DNA of 64,000 nt from Gammaproteobacteria bacterium (GTDB lineage Bacteria; Pseudomonadota; Gammaproteobacteria; SZUA-229). The number at the start of each line of letters is the position of its first letter. Positions within the stretch are counted from its first letter, which is position 1. Position numbers and translations under genes: made by a program. Positions 1 to 11,811 of this stretch are shown here, piece after piece. Under the pieces are notes generated by a model that was given only the letters and a program-made list of their open reading frames with translations, was not told where the DNA came from and did not search any database. The stretch covers positions 83,476-147,475 of the forward strand of contig JAGXGK010000025.1 of NCBI GenBank assembly GCA_024636785.1. The letters are read 5' to 3'.

Positions 1-207
1 TTCATTTTCATGCCACAGAATTGCATGATCATTATTGCCCGCCACTGCGATGACATCGATACGGGGTTTTAGTTTTTCCAGAATATGCGCGCCGCAGATG
101 TCACCGGCATGAACAGCAAAGTCACAATCGGCAATGACATTAACGACACGCTCATCAATATGACCGTGCGTATCGGAGAGAATCCCAACTTTTACGGCAA
201 GGCTCAT
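1..207 (-). CDS. metallophosphoesterase (YfcE/MJ0936-like), N-terminal part; the gene runs off the left edge
   Basis: Own translation of the minus strand from the ATG at 207-205: MSLAVKVGILSDTHGHIDERVV..HAGDICG..VAGNNDH. This shows the DxH, GD and GNxDH metallophosphatase motifs. It is absent from the ORF track because there is no stop inside the window. Confidence 0.7.
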   Translation of the reverse strand, partial: MSLAVKVGILSDTHGHIDERVVNVIADCDFAVHAGDICGAHILEKLKPRIDVIAVAGNNDHAILWHENE

Positions 208-211
208 AGGC

Positions 212-1138
212 TTAGATTTCCGCTTTGTCGGTGCCGGAATCAATGGCGGCTTTGCGTGCTTCTTCCTGTTTACTCATATGCTCTTCAATTTCGATCTTTT
301 TGCGATACTCGAGAATCTCACGACGTTCTTCGGCGCGCTTGTCCCAGGCGCCTTCGCGTTCTTTAATGGATAATTCGCCAAAGAGCACCTGTCTCATTAG
401 CGTGAAGCCAAACTTCATCAGCTCAACATCATCTTTTTCCAGCTTTTCGTACTGCTCATCAGTGATGTCATAAATTTTTATAAAGTTTTCGCTCATCACA
501 AAACGACGGAAACGATCGACATCATAGCTGGCCATAAAAAACAGTTGCAGGCTCATGTTCGAAGGGGCGCCAATAGTGGGGCCGGTCGATTTTTTCTTCA
601 GAATGATGCGGTAATAATCACGATTTAACTCATCATAGCCATCAACACCCTGTTCCTTGCGGTAGTCACCAATGGTAATAACATTGTCTTCTTCGTGACC
701 TTTGCAGTGCTCTTCCTTAATCAACAGAAAATGCTGTTCATCGTCCGGTTTGCCCAGTGCGCGCATGGACAGCAGACCCGAGGGGTAATAACGACAGGCA
801 GTAGGGCGGTTTTCATAGACCGAGCAGCCATCTTCGGTCATAAACAGGCAGGCACCTGAATCATCAGTGCGCAGTTTGATGCCGGGTATGCCGTGGGCGT
901 CAATTTCAAAAGGGACTGAATATTTAGCCAGAAACTCGGTTGAATCGATACCCAGATGTGTTTTTAAACGGATGATGTCATAAGGGGCGAGCGTAACATC
1001 CGCTCTCGCGCAGCATTCGTTCCAGCATGAAACGCCGCGATGACAGCGGAATTTTATCTCATCATCAAGCTCCAGCCGCGTGGGCTGAACCGGGCTATGG
1101 TGCGGAAGGTCGAATTTTTGCTCACTCATGGGTGTCAT
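212..1138 (-). CDS. YkgJ-family cysteine-cluster (CxxCxxCC-type) putative Fe-S/zinc protein with a charged C-terminal tail
   Basis: 308-aa ORF. N-terminal Cys cluster FRCHRGVSCWNECC plus later Cys residues (GACLF, DGCSVY, PTACRYYP), typical of the UPF0153/YkgJ family. Confidence 0.6.
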   Translation of the reverse strand: MTPMSEQKFDLPHHSPVQPTRLELDDEIKFRCHRGVSCWNECCARADVTLAPYDIIRLKTHLGIDSTEFLAKYSVPFEIDAHGIPGIKLRTDDSGACLFMTEDGCSVYENRPTACRYYPSGLLSMRALGKPDDEQHFLLIKEEHCKGHEEDNVITIGDYRKEQGVDGYDELNRDYYRIILKKKSTGPTIGAPSNMSLQLFFMASYDVDRFRRFVMSENFIKIYDITDEQYEKLEKDDVELMKFGFTLMRQVLFGELSIKEREGAWDKRAEERREILEYRKKIEIEEHMSKQEEARKAAIDSGTDKAEI

Positions 1139-1505
1139 CGAAACGGTTTGCTCAATCTGGTTTTGTAAAATTCTGTCTTAATTATGGATCGGAATCACAT
1201 TTACAGGATTTCAGGAGGCGAATTATACACTAAATACAGGCATTCTAAAGATCGATATTCGATTACCTATACTATAAAAATCAATTACTTACGTTTGTCT
1301 GACGAATGGTTTATAAGAATGTTTCTGTTTTATTACAACCTGTCCATTTCTGTCCCCGTATGATGTTATGTTATCTGACAGTAATTCCATAAACCCGCAA
1401 ACAGGTGTGCTCGCAGGCTGTTAAATGATGAGCTGATAAAATCAAAAACCATCGTTATTGGAGAGAAAGTCCTTATTCACTCTCTACAAATTAGTTGTTT
1501 GTAGA

Positions 1506-1534
1506 TTGACATAAACGGAAAACAGGCCTATATA
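1506..1534 (+). promoter_or_regulatory. putative sigma70 promoter of the signalling operon (TTGACA-17 nt-TATATA)
   Basis: TTGACA at 1506-1511, a 17-nt spacer, TATATA at 1529-1534, about 60 nt upstream of the ATG at 1596. An 8-bp inverted repeat TCTACAAA/TTTGTAGA (1483-1505) abuts the -35 box. Confidence 0.4.
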
Positions 1535-1595
1535 TATCTGAAATACCGGAAAATCCGGAATAAATACATAAAAATAAAAAACCATTGGACTTAAT

Positions 1596-2195
1596 ATGTC
1601 GCAAGTAATTGAAACTAAAAAAGAAACATGTACAACCAAAGAGGCCGCCGCGTTTCTGTCGGTGACCACGAGAACCATTCAGCTGTGGGCTGATGCAGAT
1701 ATTTTACCGGCATGGAAAACCCCGGGCGGTCACCGCCGCTTCCAGGTATCGGATATCGAAGCGCTACAGAAAAAGCTGTTGGGTGATGAAATAAATCAGC
1801 CCAGATTGAAATTACTGGTGATAGAAGACGAGCCTGATTTATTAACCCTGTATCGATTCCATGTAGAAGGCTGGACGATTCCTGTTGAATTGCAAACAGC
1901 CAGTGACGGTTACGAAGGGTTGCTAAAAATAGGTGCCTGGCAACCGGATATGATTGTTACGGATTTACAAATGCCGAACATGGATGGTTTTTATCTGCTC
2001 CAGGTGTTGAACCGACAAGCTGAGCTACAGACTACCGAAATTATTGTGGTTTCGGCTTTATCCAAAGAGGATATTAAGGAGAAAGGAGGAGTGCCTGAGG
2101 GAATAGAAGTTTACCAGAAGCCGATACCTTTTGATCTTATTGAGCAACATGCAAAAGTGCGTCTGGATAATTTAAACAGTCGGCGCCCGGAGTAA
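1596..2195 (+). CDS. response regulator with N-terminal excisionase/MerR-type HTH and C-terminal receiver domain
   Basis: The N-terminus TTKEAAAFLSVTTRTIQLWAD..PGGHRRF is an excisionase-family HTH. The REC domain reads LKLLVIEDEPD...IVTDLQMPNMDG. Confidence 0.8.
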   Translation: MSQVIETKKETCTTKEAAAFLSVTTRTIQLWADADILPAWKTPGGHRRFQVSDIEALQKKLLGDEINQPRLKLLVIEDEPDLLTLYRFHVEGWTIPVELQTASDGYEGLLKIGAWQPDMIVTDLQMPNMDGFYLLQVLNRQAELQTTEIIVVSALSKEDIKEKGGVPEGIEVYQKPIPFDLIEQHAKVRLDNLNSRRPE

Positions 2196-2354
2196 ATCTA
2201 CGATCTTAGTCACATGGTTCGAGATGAACCAAAAATACGTAAGTATCTTAATAATCTAATGTGATTGCCGCATTATTATCATTAAGATTTATATTCTGAT
2301 GCACATGATGTCGCTGAAGTTACACGCTCAAGTCTTAAATAGGGGTTTTATTGC

Positions 2355-5300
2355 GTGAGTGTGAGTAAAAAAATCTGCCAGATAAAATCGCTTAATGGCG
2401 AATGGAAAACCTGCCTGTTCTATAGTACAAGCCTGCTGGTTATCGCATTGCTGGTCGTGGGTGCTGTTTTCACCGAGCAGTTTTTTGAAAAGCGCATACG
2501 CGGCGAAAAGCGTGCAATGTTAACCGCCCTGATCGGGCAGGCAGAAAGGTCGCTGATCGAATGGCACAGCCATCACGAGCAGATGGTCACTTCCTGGGCA
2601 CAGACATCGCTGCTTCGTGAGATGACAGCATCATTGCTTAAATATCCTGTAGACGAAGTGTTGCTCAAAACTGCCCATGAGCAAAAAGCTCTGCGTGAGT
2701 TACTGTCACCGCTGGTTGCTTCGGATAAGCACCACCTTGATTACTTTATTATTTCGACAGAAAAAATAAATCTTGCCTCTCATTCGGGTGGTGATCTGGG
2801 GGCGGTCAGCAATATTCCCGAGCACATTCTGGATAAAGCCATAGCCGGTCATACTGTACACAGTCTGCCGCAAAAGGCGAATATCCCTCTAGCCGATTCG
2901 AATAACAATCCGGTATCTGATCAGCCCACCATGTTTACCGTAGCACCTGTTAAGAACTTAAGTGGTGAAGTTATTGCGCTACTCGCCTTAAAAATGAGCC
3001 CGGTAAAAGATCTTGCTGCAATTTTACAGCAGGGTCAGCTGGGTGAATTTGATGAGATTTATATCTTCAATCAGGCCGGGCAGTTACTGAGTGAAAGCAG
3101 ATTTACTGAAACGCTTTGGGGAATGGGGCTGCTGGAATTCGGCCAGTCCAGCATTTTCAACCTGCAACTGCGTGATCCCGGCGGCAATATGATGACAGGT
3201 TACCACCCTGAAATGCTACGCTCGCAACAGCCCCTGACGTTGATGGCGGAGCGCGCGGTAAATGGGGAAGATGGACTGAATCTGGACGGCTATAACGATT
3301 ACAGAGGTGTGCCGGTGATTGGTATATGGCGCTGGAATGATGCTCTGGACATAGGCATTGCGGCAGAAATGGATGCTCAGGAAGCTTATGCAACACACCT
3401 GCTGTTGCGCAAGGTGATGGCTTTCGGCGTCACCTTTAGTATTTTAATTGTCGTAGTGTTCAATCTGATTTTTACATTTGCCCGTAACAGTGTGACCAAA
3501 AGCAAAATGAGTCTGGTGAATGCCCAGCGCATGGCGCATCTGGGAAGCTGGGATTGGGACATTGTTCGTAATCGACTGGTGTGGTCGGCTGAAACTTACT
3601 GCATTTTCAGGCAGCCGCCGGAGCAGTTTGAAGTCAGTTATGATACTTTTTTAGAGTGTGTTCATCCGGATGATCGTAACAGGGTCAAGGCTGAATTAGA
3701 AAACACGCTGAATAATGGTCAACCTTATGAAACCGAGATGAGGATCATTCGTCCCGATGGTGCCGAGCGGATTGTGGTTGCCAAAGCAGAGCTTGAGCGC
3801 AATGCCAGAGGCGAACCGACTCGTATGTACGGCAGTGTGCTTGATATTACCGAGAGGAAAAAAGCGGAACAGGAGCTTAGATTATTCAAAACCACTTCAG
3901 ATATGATCGAGGACGGCGTGTTCATGCTTAGCCCCGGTTCGCTGAAATTCTTTTATGTTAATCAGGCTGCCGTGCGGCAACTGGGCTTCACCCGGGCAGA
4001 GTTATTCGATATGAGGTTGACAGATATTACTCCTGATTTTGATGAGGAAGCATTCCGTGCATTTATAACCCCGATGCTGCTGCAGGGAGCCGCGCACACC
4101 CTGCTGTTTCAGACCGAATTTCAGCGAAAAGACCGCACACTGGCACCGGTTGATGTTGTTTTGCAGTATCTGGCGCCAAAAGACGAAAGCCCGCGTTTTG
4201 TCGCTATCGTCAGAGATTTTTCCGCACGTCAGCGCATCGAAGATCAGCTCAAAGCCGAAAAAGAAAAGGCGGAGCAGGCCACACGATCCAAATCTGAATT
4301 TCTGGCCAATATGAGCCACGAAATCAGAACCCCCATGAACGGTGTACTGGGAATGCTGGAACTGCTGAGCATTACCCCGCTCACTGAAAAACAAACCGGT
4401 TATCTGCACACCGCCGAGAGTTCAGCAAAATCACTGCTCACTGTAATCAACGATATTCTGGATTTCTCCAAAATTGAAGCCGGGAAAATGCAGTTGGAGA
4501 ATGCAGTCTTTAACCTGCATGAAGTCGTTGAGGATAGCGTTAGATCAATGTCAAAGCAGGCTTATGCTAAACAGCTCGATCTCAATTGCTATATTTCAGC
4601 AGATGTGCCGCTGCAGGTTAGCGGAGACCCGGTAAGGCTTCGCCAGATTATTACCAATCTGATCAATAATGCGATTAAATTTACTGTGACCGGAGAAGTC
4701 GACTTGCGGCTCTGTAAAATATCAGAGAGTGATAATCTGGTAATCTTCTGTTTTGAAGTCGAGGATACTGGAATAGGAATTAAAAAAGACCAGCTTGAAA
4801 AATTGTTCGATGCCTTTACTCAGGCAGACGGAACAACCACGCGCAAATATGGTGGTTCAGGACTCGGTCTTTCAATATGTAAGCAACTGGTTGACATGAT
4901 GCGCGGTGAGATAAGTGTGAACAGTGAATTGGGGGAAGGTTCTATTTTCTCGTTTTACGTTATTTTATCAAAAGTAGAACAAAGAGTGGAACGTAGAGAA
5001 AAAGGCTTGCTGCAAGATATCAGGGTGCTGGTGGTTGATCACAATGATACAAACCGTAAGATTCTGGGCAGGTATCTGTCCAGCTGGAAGGTTCAAAGTG
5101 CAGATGTTGGTGACAGTCATGCCGTGTTGCCGATGTTGCGCGATGCCATAAGCAATGATAAACCCTATCAGATAATGTTGCTTGATTTACAGATGCCGAA
5201 GGTTGACGGCTTAAAGTTGGCGCAGAAGATAAAGGCGGATCCGGACCTGCAATACATTCATATAATAACGTTGGGTTCTTTAACCGAAGAGACGGGCATT

Positions 5301-6254
5301 ATTGAGGACAACTCCCATATTGACTGTCAGCTTACCCGGCCAGTCCGGCAGTCATCACTTTTTGATGCGCTGCTTAAGGTTACCGGCCAGGAAGAAAAGC
5401 AACGCAGAGAAGAAGATATCTATAAGCAACAGGATATTATTTTCAGCGGCGTCAGAGTACTGCTGGTTGATGATGCCGCGACTAATCAGGCGGTGGAGCA
5501 GGAAATGCTCAATACATTAGGTATCGAGGTTGTTCTGGCCAATAATGGCCGTGTTGCGCTCAGAGAAATAAACAAATCAAATTTTGATCTCGTCCTTATG
5601 GATTGTCAAATGCCGATTATGGACGGTTATACTGCAACCGGTATTATTCGGGCACAGGAAAAGGCGGTAGGCTCGGAACATTTAATCATTATTGCGCTCA
5701 CCGCCAATGCAATGAAAGGTGATAAGGAAGTATGCATTGCTGCAGGCATGGATGATTATCTGGCCAAGCCGGTTAGCCTGGATAAGCTTCGCAGAATACT
5801 GAGCCGATGGTTGCCGGAAGACAAGCAGTATCAAATTTCGAGAGATGTGATTACAGTTGATCATGCAGAATTGGAAGTACCGGACCCTGAGAACAATATA
5901 AGCAAGAGCGCAGCGGCTGGTGATGATGCGCTTGATAAGAAGAGTGTTGAAGACTTAAGACAGTTGGCGAACGAACGTTTTGGTTTGTTGGTAAATAGTT
6001 TTGAGCGGGATGTGGAAAAACATCTACTGGCATTGCACAATGCTATAAAACAAAATCAATTGGAAGATATGGTTCAGGCCGCCCATGCCATGAAAGGTGT
6101 CGGCATGAGCATGGGGGCGATCGCGTTTTCTAAATGTTGTGAAAAACTGGAAATACAGGCGCTTGATAATAATATTGTAGATGTTCATAACCAGCTAAAA
6201 AATATTGAAGCTGAACATCAAAGGGCTATGCAGGCATTCAGGCTATTGAATTAG
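2355..6254 (+). CDS. hybrid sensor histidine kinase (TM-periplasmic Cache-like-TM, 2 PAS, HisKA, HATPase, 2 REC, HPt)
   Basis: 1299 aa with a GTG start. H-box [10 protein letters not shown]; N/G boxes [25 protein letters not shown]; receivers [11 protein letters not shown] and [12 protein letters not shown]; C-terminal HPt AAHAMKGVG. Confidence 0.9.
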   Translation: MSVSKKICQIKSLNGEWKTCLFYSTSLLVIALLVVGAVFTEQFFEKRIRGEKRAMLTALIGQAERSLIEWHSHHEQMVTSWAQTSLLREMTASLLKYPVDEVLLKTAHEQKALRELLSPLVASDKHHLDYFIISTEKINLASHSGGDLGAVSNIPEHILDKAIAGHTVHSLPQKANIPLADSNNNPVSDQPTMFTVAPVKNLSGEVIALLALKMSPVKDLAAILQQGQLGEFDEIYIFNQAGQLLSESRFTETLWGMGLLEFGQSSIFNLQLRDPGGNMMTGYHPEMLRSQQPLTLMAERAVNGEDGLNLDGYNDYRGVPVIGIWRWNDALDIGIAAEMDAQEAYATHLLLRKVMAFGVTFSILIVVVFNLIFTFARNSVTKSKMSLVNAQRMAHLGSWDWDIVRNRLVWSAETYCIFRQPPEQFEVSYDTFLECVHPDDRNRVKAELENTLNNGQPYETEMRIIRPDGAERIVVAKAELERNARGEPTRMYGSVLDITERKKAEQELRLFKTTSDMIEDGVFMLSPGSLKFFYVNQAAVRQLGFTRAELFDMRLTDITPDFDEEAFRAFITPMLLQGAAHTLLFQTEFQRKDRTLAPVDVVLQYLAPKDESPRFVAIVRDFSARQRIEDQLKAEKEKAEQATRSKSEFLANMSHEIRTPMNGVLGMLELLSITPLTEKQTGYLHTAESSAKSLLTVINDILDFSKIEAGKMQLENAVFNLHEVVEDSVRSMSKQAYAKQLDLNCYISADVPLQVSGDPVRLRQIITNLINNAIKFTVTGEVDLRLCKISESDNLVIFCFEVEDTGIGIKKDQLEKLFDAFTQADGTTTRKYGGSGLGLSICKQLVDMMRGEISVNSELGEGSIFSFYVILSKVEQRVERREKGLLQDIRVLVVDHNDTNRKILGRYLSSWKVQSADVGDSHAVLPMLRDAISNDKPYQIMLLDLQMPKVDGLKLAQKIKADPDLQYIHIITLGSLTEETGIIEDNSHIDCQLTRPVRQSSLFDALLKVTGQEEKQRREEDIYKQQDIIFSGVRVLLVDDAATNQAVEQEMLNTLGIEVVLANNGRVALREINKSNFDLVLMDCQMPIMDGYTATGIIRAQEKAVGSEHLIIIALTANAMKGDKEVCIAAGMDDYLAKPVSLDKLRRILSRWLPEDKQYQISRDVITVDHAELEVPDPENNISKSAAAGDDALDKKSVEDLRQLANERFGLLVNSFERDVEKHLLALHNAIKQNQLEDMVQAAHAMKGVGMSMGAIAFSKCCEKLEIQALDNNIVDVHNQLKNIEAEHQRAMQAFRLLN

Positions 6255-6342
6255 GTTGTGTTTTTATGTTTATGTTCTAATATAAAAATGATTCTTTATG
6301 CCAATATAAAAAATAATGCATTCGTGATCTTTTAGTGTATCT

Positions 6343-7548
6343 GTGATAATGGAGTTGTACGTGAATAAGAAAATATTAAGCAAAAAAACCGTGCTCATTG
6401 TCGACGATGAAGAGTTTATGCGTGATTTTCTCAGCACGGTGATTAAACAGGTAGGTATTGAAGATGTCCTTAGCGTCAGCGGCGGACAGCAGGCGCTTGA
6501 TATTATCCTGTCGCGTAGCGAGCCGTTTGATTATGTGTTCTGTGATCTGCAAATGCCTGAAATGGACGGTATAGAAGTCATTCGACACCTGGCTGCGATT
6601 GACTACAGCGGTGGAATTGTTCTGTTCAGTGGTGAGGATCAGCGTATCCTTGAAACAGCGCACAGCATTGCAGAAGCACGCGGGCTTAATCTTATGGGCA
6701 GTCTGACCAAGCCGGTATCATTGGAATCGTTATACCAACTGTTGGCTAATCATCAAGTGGCTGAAAAAAAATCCTTCTGGTCGGCACCTGAAGTCAGCGC
6801 TGAAGAGCTGCGGGCCGCTCTGCAGGCGGGCGATATTACTGTCTATTACCAGCCCCAGATAGATATAAAATCAGCAGCTGTTAAAGGTGTGGAAGCGCTG
6901 GCGCGCTGGCATCACGCGGAAAAGGGCATGATTCCTCCTGATATATTTATCGATTTGGCTGAACAACATCAGCTCATCGATGCTGTCACAGAATCCGTGA
7001 TCGAGCAGGCCTGCCGGCAGGGTGCCATCTGGTCTGCACAAGGCCGGAATTTCAAGGTTTCAATTAATCTCTCTATGGATAACCTGCATAGCCTGGATTT
7101 TCCTGATCGACTGGCGGCATCAGTAAAAACAACGGGTATGGATATAAAAAATCTCATCTTTGAAATTACCGAAAGTCGACTGGTGAAAGACTTTAGCACC
7201 TGCCTGGACATTCTGACGCGCCTGAGGTTGAAGGGACCTGAACTATCCATTGATGATTTTGGTACCGGTTATGCCTCCTTGGAGCACATTAAACGCATGC
7301 CTTTTAGTGAGCTCAAGATTGACCGTGCATTCGTTAATGGTGCACATAGCAATGGCACTGCGCGTGCCATACTGGAGAGCAGTATTCATCTGGGTAAACA
7401 ACTGGACATGACGATAGTGGCCGAAGGCGTGGAAACCCAAAAAGACTGGGATCTGGTCGCGGCACTGGGTTGTGATCTGGTTCAGGGGTATTACGTTGCC
7501 CGGCCGATGGATGCCGAGCATTTTAATGTCTGGCTGGAACAGCGTTGA
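6343..7548 (+). CDS. REC-EAL protein (c-di-GMP phosphodiesterase-type response regulator)
   Basis: REC motif VFCDLQMPEMDG. EAL-domain motifs VEALARW, FEITES, DDFGTGYASL, KIDRAF, VAEGVET. The start is uncertain: ATG 6349, or GTG 6361, which has a GGAG 6 nt upstream. Confidence 0.85.
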   Translation: MIMELYVNKKILSKKTVLIVDDEEFMRDFLSTVIKQVGIEDVLSVSGGQQALDIILSRSEPFDYVFCDLQMPEMDGIEVIRHLAAIDYSGGIVLFSGEDQRILETAHSIAEARGLNLMGSLTKPVSLESLYQLLANHQVAEKKSFWSAPEVSAEELRAALQAGDITVYYQPQIDIKSAAVKGVEALARWHHAEKGMIPPDIFIDLAEQHQLIDAVTESVIEQACRQGAIWSAQGRNFKVSINLSMDNLHSLDFPDRLAASVKTTGMDIKNLIFEITESRLVKDFSTCLDILTRLRLKGPELSIDDFGTGYASLEHIKRMPFSELKIDRAFVNGAHSNGTARAILESSIHLGKQLDMTIVAEGVETQKDWDLVAALGCDLVQGYYVARPMDAEHFNVWLEQR

Positions 7549-10500
7549 TACATAGCCTGCGCGCCCGATTTATTGCTTTTCTGTTGCTGGTGTCATTGAC
7601 ACCTGTCGTACTGTTTTATTTTTACAGTCAGCATTTAAATGAAGATGCCAGGGAAGAAAGTATCGGGGAATTGCTCGATGTTGCCTATCTGGTTAACCGC
7701 GGCATAAATGGGTTTCTTTCAGATCAGATCAAGCTTCTTGAGGTAACCGCCGGCAATCTGGCCGGCAAAGACGGCACCGATTCCGGTTCATGGAATTTGC
7801 CTGTGGCAAAGTCTGTAGCCGTTGCCGAACATCTGTTAGACGTATTCGACAGTTACAGTTTAGTGCTGCAACTCGATCGTCACGGTCGATTGCTCGCGGC
7901 GGCAGCTAGTACCGATGCGGGTGAGCGCATTGATGTGAGCGGGCTTTATGAAAAAGAGAGCTCTACCGAAGACGGGCTGCTAGCTTCGATCTTCGAGGCG
8001 GAGATTATCTTAAGTGATATAGCTGCACCGCTCATTTTGAAACCCGTCAACGCAGAGCGGGTGCCGGGTATCAGCGGGCAGACCGGTTATGTATTGCCCA
8101 TTATCGTGCCGGTACCGAATCCCGGTAATGCTTCTTCCGGTCACGTTGTGGCCTTCATGCGCATGCAGGCCATTGAGCGTTTTTTGCAGCAGGGGGCGGA
8201 TGCATTGCTGAGAATGGATGTGCAGCAGTCATATTTTCATCTGCTGGCCAGGGACGGTTCTGTTCACGCTGAATATTCACAGGCACAGCAGCATCACAGT
8301 AGCGACGGGGTTGAATTTTCGCATGAGGCGATCATCGAGAACATCAGCAGGAGTCTGGCTGTTCAGGCGGAGCAGGCTGATGTGGAAGTTTCACGCGGAC
8401 TGTACTACAAACCCGCAATTGCCGGGGGTGAACAGCTGGTTGTTTATGATAAGCGCCCGTCTGCGGGCGATGTCAGCGGGCACGGCTGGACGGTTATAAT
8501 TCATCTGCCCGCCAGCCAGACTTCTCTGTTTGCACAGCATTCCAGCCGTAATTATGCGCTGGCTGCACTGGCGTCTATAGTTCTGGTGCTTGGTTTTGGT
8601 TTCTGGGCCGGCTCTGTTCTGACAAAACCGATTAAATCCATTACCCGGGCCATGTCCCGTCTTAAAGAGGGTTCCCGGATGGAGGCGGTGGTCGGCCTGG
8701 GTCGCAAGGATGAAATAGGCGAGCTGGCCAATGCCTTTGTCTCGTTCCAGTATTTTCTCAGTGATCGCGACCATCTGTTGCGTAAGCAGGTAAAACAGTT
8801 GCAGGAATTGATGCGGGCGCGCAAGCAAGTCGATGCCTTGATGAGTAGTTCCACTGAGCCAATGCTGGTGGTGAACACAGCCGGCGTCATTGAACGGGCT
8901 AATGTCGCTGCGGAAAAGCTATTCGGCTATGAAGAGGGCGAACTGACCGGTTCATCGGTAGCCGTACTTATTCCAGCAAGATTCAAAAATCACAGTGAAA
9001 TGGTCCAGACATACATGGCTCAGCCGGAATATCGCTCTATGAGCGAGAACTCACATATTTTCGGCTTGCATAAAGCGGGTGGTGAAATTCCGGTTAAGAT
9101 TTCACTGTCGCCCTTAGAATCTATAAACGGTGTAAAAGCACTCACCGTTATCCATGATCTGACCCAGGAGAAATATTATCAGGATGAGCTGCGCAAGCTG
9201 GCGATGGTCGTTGAAAGTACCGACAATCTGGTCATAGTGACCGATAAGGAGTGCAAAATTGAGTGGGTGAATAAGGCGTTTGAAGTAGTAACCGGTTACA
9301 GCAGTGACGAAGTCATAGGTCAGCGCCCCGGCGCGCTGTTGCAGGGTAAGGAGACCGATCCGAAAACAATAGCGACCATGGCTCGTGCTATTCAGGCGGG
9401 CGAAGCGGTGCGGGTCGAAACCATTAATTATCGTAAGGATGGCCAGCCGTTCTGGATCGATATTGATATACACCCTGTTTTTGATGGTCAGGATATCGTT
9501 CGCTTTGTTTCCATTGCTACCGATGTGAGCCAGCGGCATTTTATGGAAGACGAGTTACGCAGAGCCAGAGATGTGCTGGAGATGCAGGTCGAGGAACGCA
9601 CCCGCGAACTGACGCTGGCTCTGGAGAAAGCGGATGCAGCGGCGCGCGCAAAATCCGCTTTTCTGGCGATGATGAGTCACGAGATTCGCACGCCCATCAA
9701 TGGTATCGTCGGCATGGTAGAGCTATTGCGCAGCAGCTCCATGAGACCGAAACAGATTAATATGCTCAATGTAATCAGAGATTCGTCACTATCTCTACAG
9801 CGCATTATCGATGATATTCTGGACTATTCAAAGATTGAGGCCAACAAACTCAGCCTTGAGCTGGTGCCCCTCAATCTGGAACATCTGGTCATGAGTGTCT
9901 GTAAGACGCTGGCACCATCCGCTGATGCCCGGTCGATATCTCTTGCCGTTCATCTGGATGATCGATTGCCGGAAAAAATCCAGAGCGATCCGGTGCGCAT
10001 CAGGCAGGTCCTTTACAATCTTGTCGGTAACGCCATCAAGTTTTCCGAGCCATCCGGCATTGTTAACCTCAATCTTGAGGTCAGAGACGTCAGTGCTGAA
10101 GGTGTGGCCATCGATCTGATTGTGAAGGATGCCGGTATCGGCATGAGCGCAGATGCTGTTGAGCAGTTATTCACGCCCTTTAACCAGGCGGATGCCTCCA
10201 CCACGCGTCGATATGGTGGAACCGGGTTGGGGCTGTCGATTTGCCAGCGGCTGGTTAAACTGATGGGCGGTAGCATCGAGGTGGAAAGTCATCCGGGCGC
10301 AGGCAGCACGTTCAGGGTCAGGCTGCACTTCCTACCAGAGCCGGCGCCTTCTGTACAGGTACCCGATCTGAGCGGGGTGCAGGCGTTAGTGGTCTGTGCA
10401 TCGACAACACAGGGAGCAGGTATGATCGACCTGCTGCACGGCTATATCACTGAAGCGGGTACTATAGTTGATGACTTGTCTGCTGATGACCCGCATGAAG

Positions 10501-11642
10501 CCGCTAAAGTTGTTGTGCAGGCAGTGCATGAGATGGCGCAATCCGGGAAACCGTATGATGTGGTGCTGCTCTGTCAGTGGCCCGACGCGGAGCATTATTA
10601 TGGAATCTATCATGCCCTGTCGGCCATGCCTGAGATTGAGCGACCGAAAATGGTGCTGCTGGTGCCGCAAAACGATGATAACACCTATGCGGATGATGCC
10701 GTGGTGGATGCAAACCCGCTCAATATCAATGACTTGTTGCGATGCATGGCCGTGCAGGCAGGCAGGATGAGTGCGGATGTTACTTCCTGTTGCCGAAGAG
10801 GGGAAGAGACCGGAACTGAACTGGAGACAGCCGGCTTATCTTCGCCACAGGCGGAGGCCGGCGCCGTTGCAGCCAGGACAGGGTTGATTCTGGTGGTCGA
10901 GGATAACGAAATTAACCAGCAGGTGATCACGATGCAGTTAGCCGCGCTGGGCTACGAAGTCATGCTCGCTGCCGATGGTCGCAAGGCACTAAAATTATGG
11001 AAAACCCATGCCTTTGATCTGGTGCTTACCGATTGTCATATGCCCGTAATGGATGGTTTTGAAATGGCGAAACAAATCCGCCAGGCGGAAACAGCCACTG
11101 GCTCGCGTATCCCCGTTGTTGCATTAACGGCAAATGCCATGTCAGAGGATCGCGATAGATGCATAGACAGCGGCATGGATGATTGTTTAACCAAGCCCAT
11201 TGAGATGGATGATCTAGGCCGGGCGATCCAGAAATGGTTGTCTCTTCCCGCCTTGCCGTCGTCGGAGACCCACGCCGGCGAGACTGGAAAATCAGGCAGC
11301 GAGGAAAATCATGCCCCGGTGAATCCGCAGGTGCTGGCAACTTTAATTGGGTCTGATATTGAACAATGCAGACCATTGCTGCTGAAATTCATAGTGGCAT
11401 CGATACCCATCATTAACGAGTTAGTTGACGCAGCGGAAGCCGCCAGATTTGATGAAATCTCTGCTCTGGCGCACAAACTTAAGTCATCAGCTAAAGCAGT
11501 CGGTGCGGAACGTCTGGCTGAATTGTGTCTTAATATGGAACAGGCGAACAAAAATGGAATGGCTGAAACCCTGCAGCTGTTGCTGGCTTTGCAGCTCAAA
11601 GATGAGTTCGGTCGGGTTGAACGCTTCATTGAACAGATGTAA
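7545..11642 (+). CDS. hybrid sensor histidine kinase (TM-periplasmic-TM, HAMP, 2 PAS, HisKA, HATPase, pseudo-receiver, REC, HPt)
   Basis: 1365 aa. The TTG start overlaps the upstream stop (TTGA). H-box [11 protein letters not shown]; GGTGLGLSI; a receiver-like segment lacking the acceptor Asp (VVLLCQWPD); a true [16 protein letters not shown]; HPt [14 protein letters not shown]. Confidence 0.9.
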   Translation: MIHSLRARFIAFLLLVSLTPVVLFYFYSQHLNEDAREESIGELLDVAYLVNRGINGFLSDQIKLLEVTAGNLAGKDGTDSGSWNLPVAKSVAVAEHLLDVFDSYSLVLQLDRHGRLLAAAASTDAGERIDVSGLYEKESSTEDGLLASIFEAEIILSDIAAPLILKPVNAERVPGISGQTGYVLPIIVPVPNPGNASSGHVVAFMRMQAIERFLQQGADALLRMDVQQSYFHLLARDGSVHAEYSQAQQHHSSDGVEFSHEAIIENISRSLAVQAEQADVEVSRGLYYKPAIAGGEQLVVYDKRPSAGDVSGHGWTVIIHLPASQTSLFAQHSSRNYALAALASIVLVLGFGFWAGSVLTKPIKSITRAMSRLKEGSRMEAVVGLGRKDEIGELANAFVSFQYFLSDRDHLLRKQVKQLQELMRARKQVDALMSSSTEPMLVVNTAGVIERANVAAEKLFGYEEGELTGSSVAVLIPARFKNHSEMVQTYMAQPEYRSMSENSHIFGLHKAGGEIPVKISLSPLESINGVKALTVIHDLTQEKYYQDELRKLAMVVESTDNLVIVTDKECKIEWVNKAFEVVTGYSSDEVIGQRPGALLQGKETDPKTIATMARAIQAGEAVRVETINYRKDGQPFWIDIDIHPVFDGQDIVRFVSIATDVSQRHFMEDELRRARDVLEMQVEERTRELTLALEKADAAARAKSAFLAMMSHEIRTPINGIVGMVELLRSSSMRPKQINMLNVIRDSSLSLQRIIDDILDYSKIEANKLSLELVPLNLEHLVMSVCKTLAPSADARSISLAVHLDDRLPEKIQSDPVRIRQVLYNLVGNAIKFSEPSGIVNLNLEVRDVSAEGVAIDLIVKDAGIGMSADAVEQLFTPFNQADASTTRRYGGTGLGLSICQRLVKLMGGSIEVESHPGAGSTFRVRLHFLPEPAPSVQVPDLSGVQALVVCASTTQGAGMIDLLHGYITEAGTIVDDLSADDPHEAAKVVVQAVHEMAQSGKPYDVVLLCQWPDAEHYYGIYHALSAMPEIERPKMVLLVPQNDDNTYADDAVVDANPLNINDLLRCMAVQAGRMSADVTSCCRRGEETGTELETAGLSSPQAEAGAVAARTGLILVVEDNEINQQVITMQLAALGYEVMLAADGRKALKLWKTHAFDLVLTDCHMPVMDGFEMAKQIRQAETATGSRIPVVALTANAMSEDRDRCIDSGMDDCLTKPIEMDDLGRAIQKWLSLPALPSSETHAGETGKSGSEENHAPVNPQVLATLIGSDIEQCRPLLLKFIVASIPIINELVDAAEAARFDEISALAHKLKSSAKAVGAERLAELCLNMEQANKNGMAETLQLLLALQLKDEFGRVERFIEQM

Positions 11643-11647
11643 CGGTC

Positions 11648-11811
11648 AGGAGGCTGTCGGGTTCAGGATAAATTGGCTGCGGTAGCGGGAGAGCGGCCCA
11701 AATTCCCCCGATTTTTCGTTGCGTAGAATAACTATGCGCCTCAAAATCGGGAATAGTGCGCTCACTCTCCCGTTCCCTCGCTTCAATTCCCCCAAACCCG
11801 ATAGCCTCCTG
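11648..11811 (-). mobile_element. 164-bp palindromic MITE-like element, copy 1
   Basis: Terminal inverted repeats AGGAGGCTGTCGGGTT ... AACCCGATAGCCTCCT. It is the reverse complement of the copy at 47681-47844. It starts 6 nt after the kinase stop codon. Confidence 0.8.
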
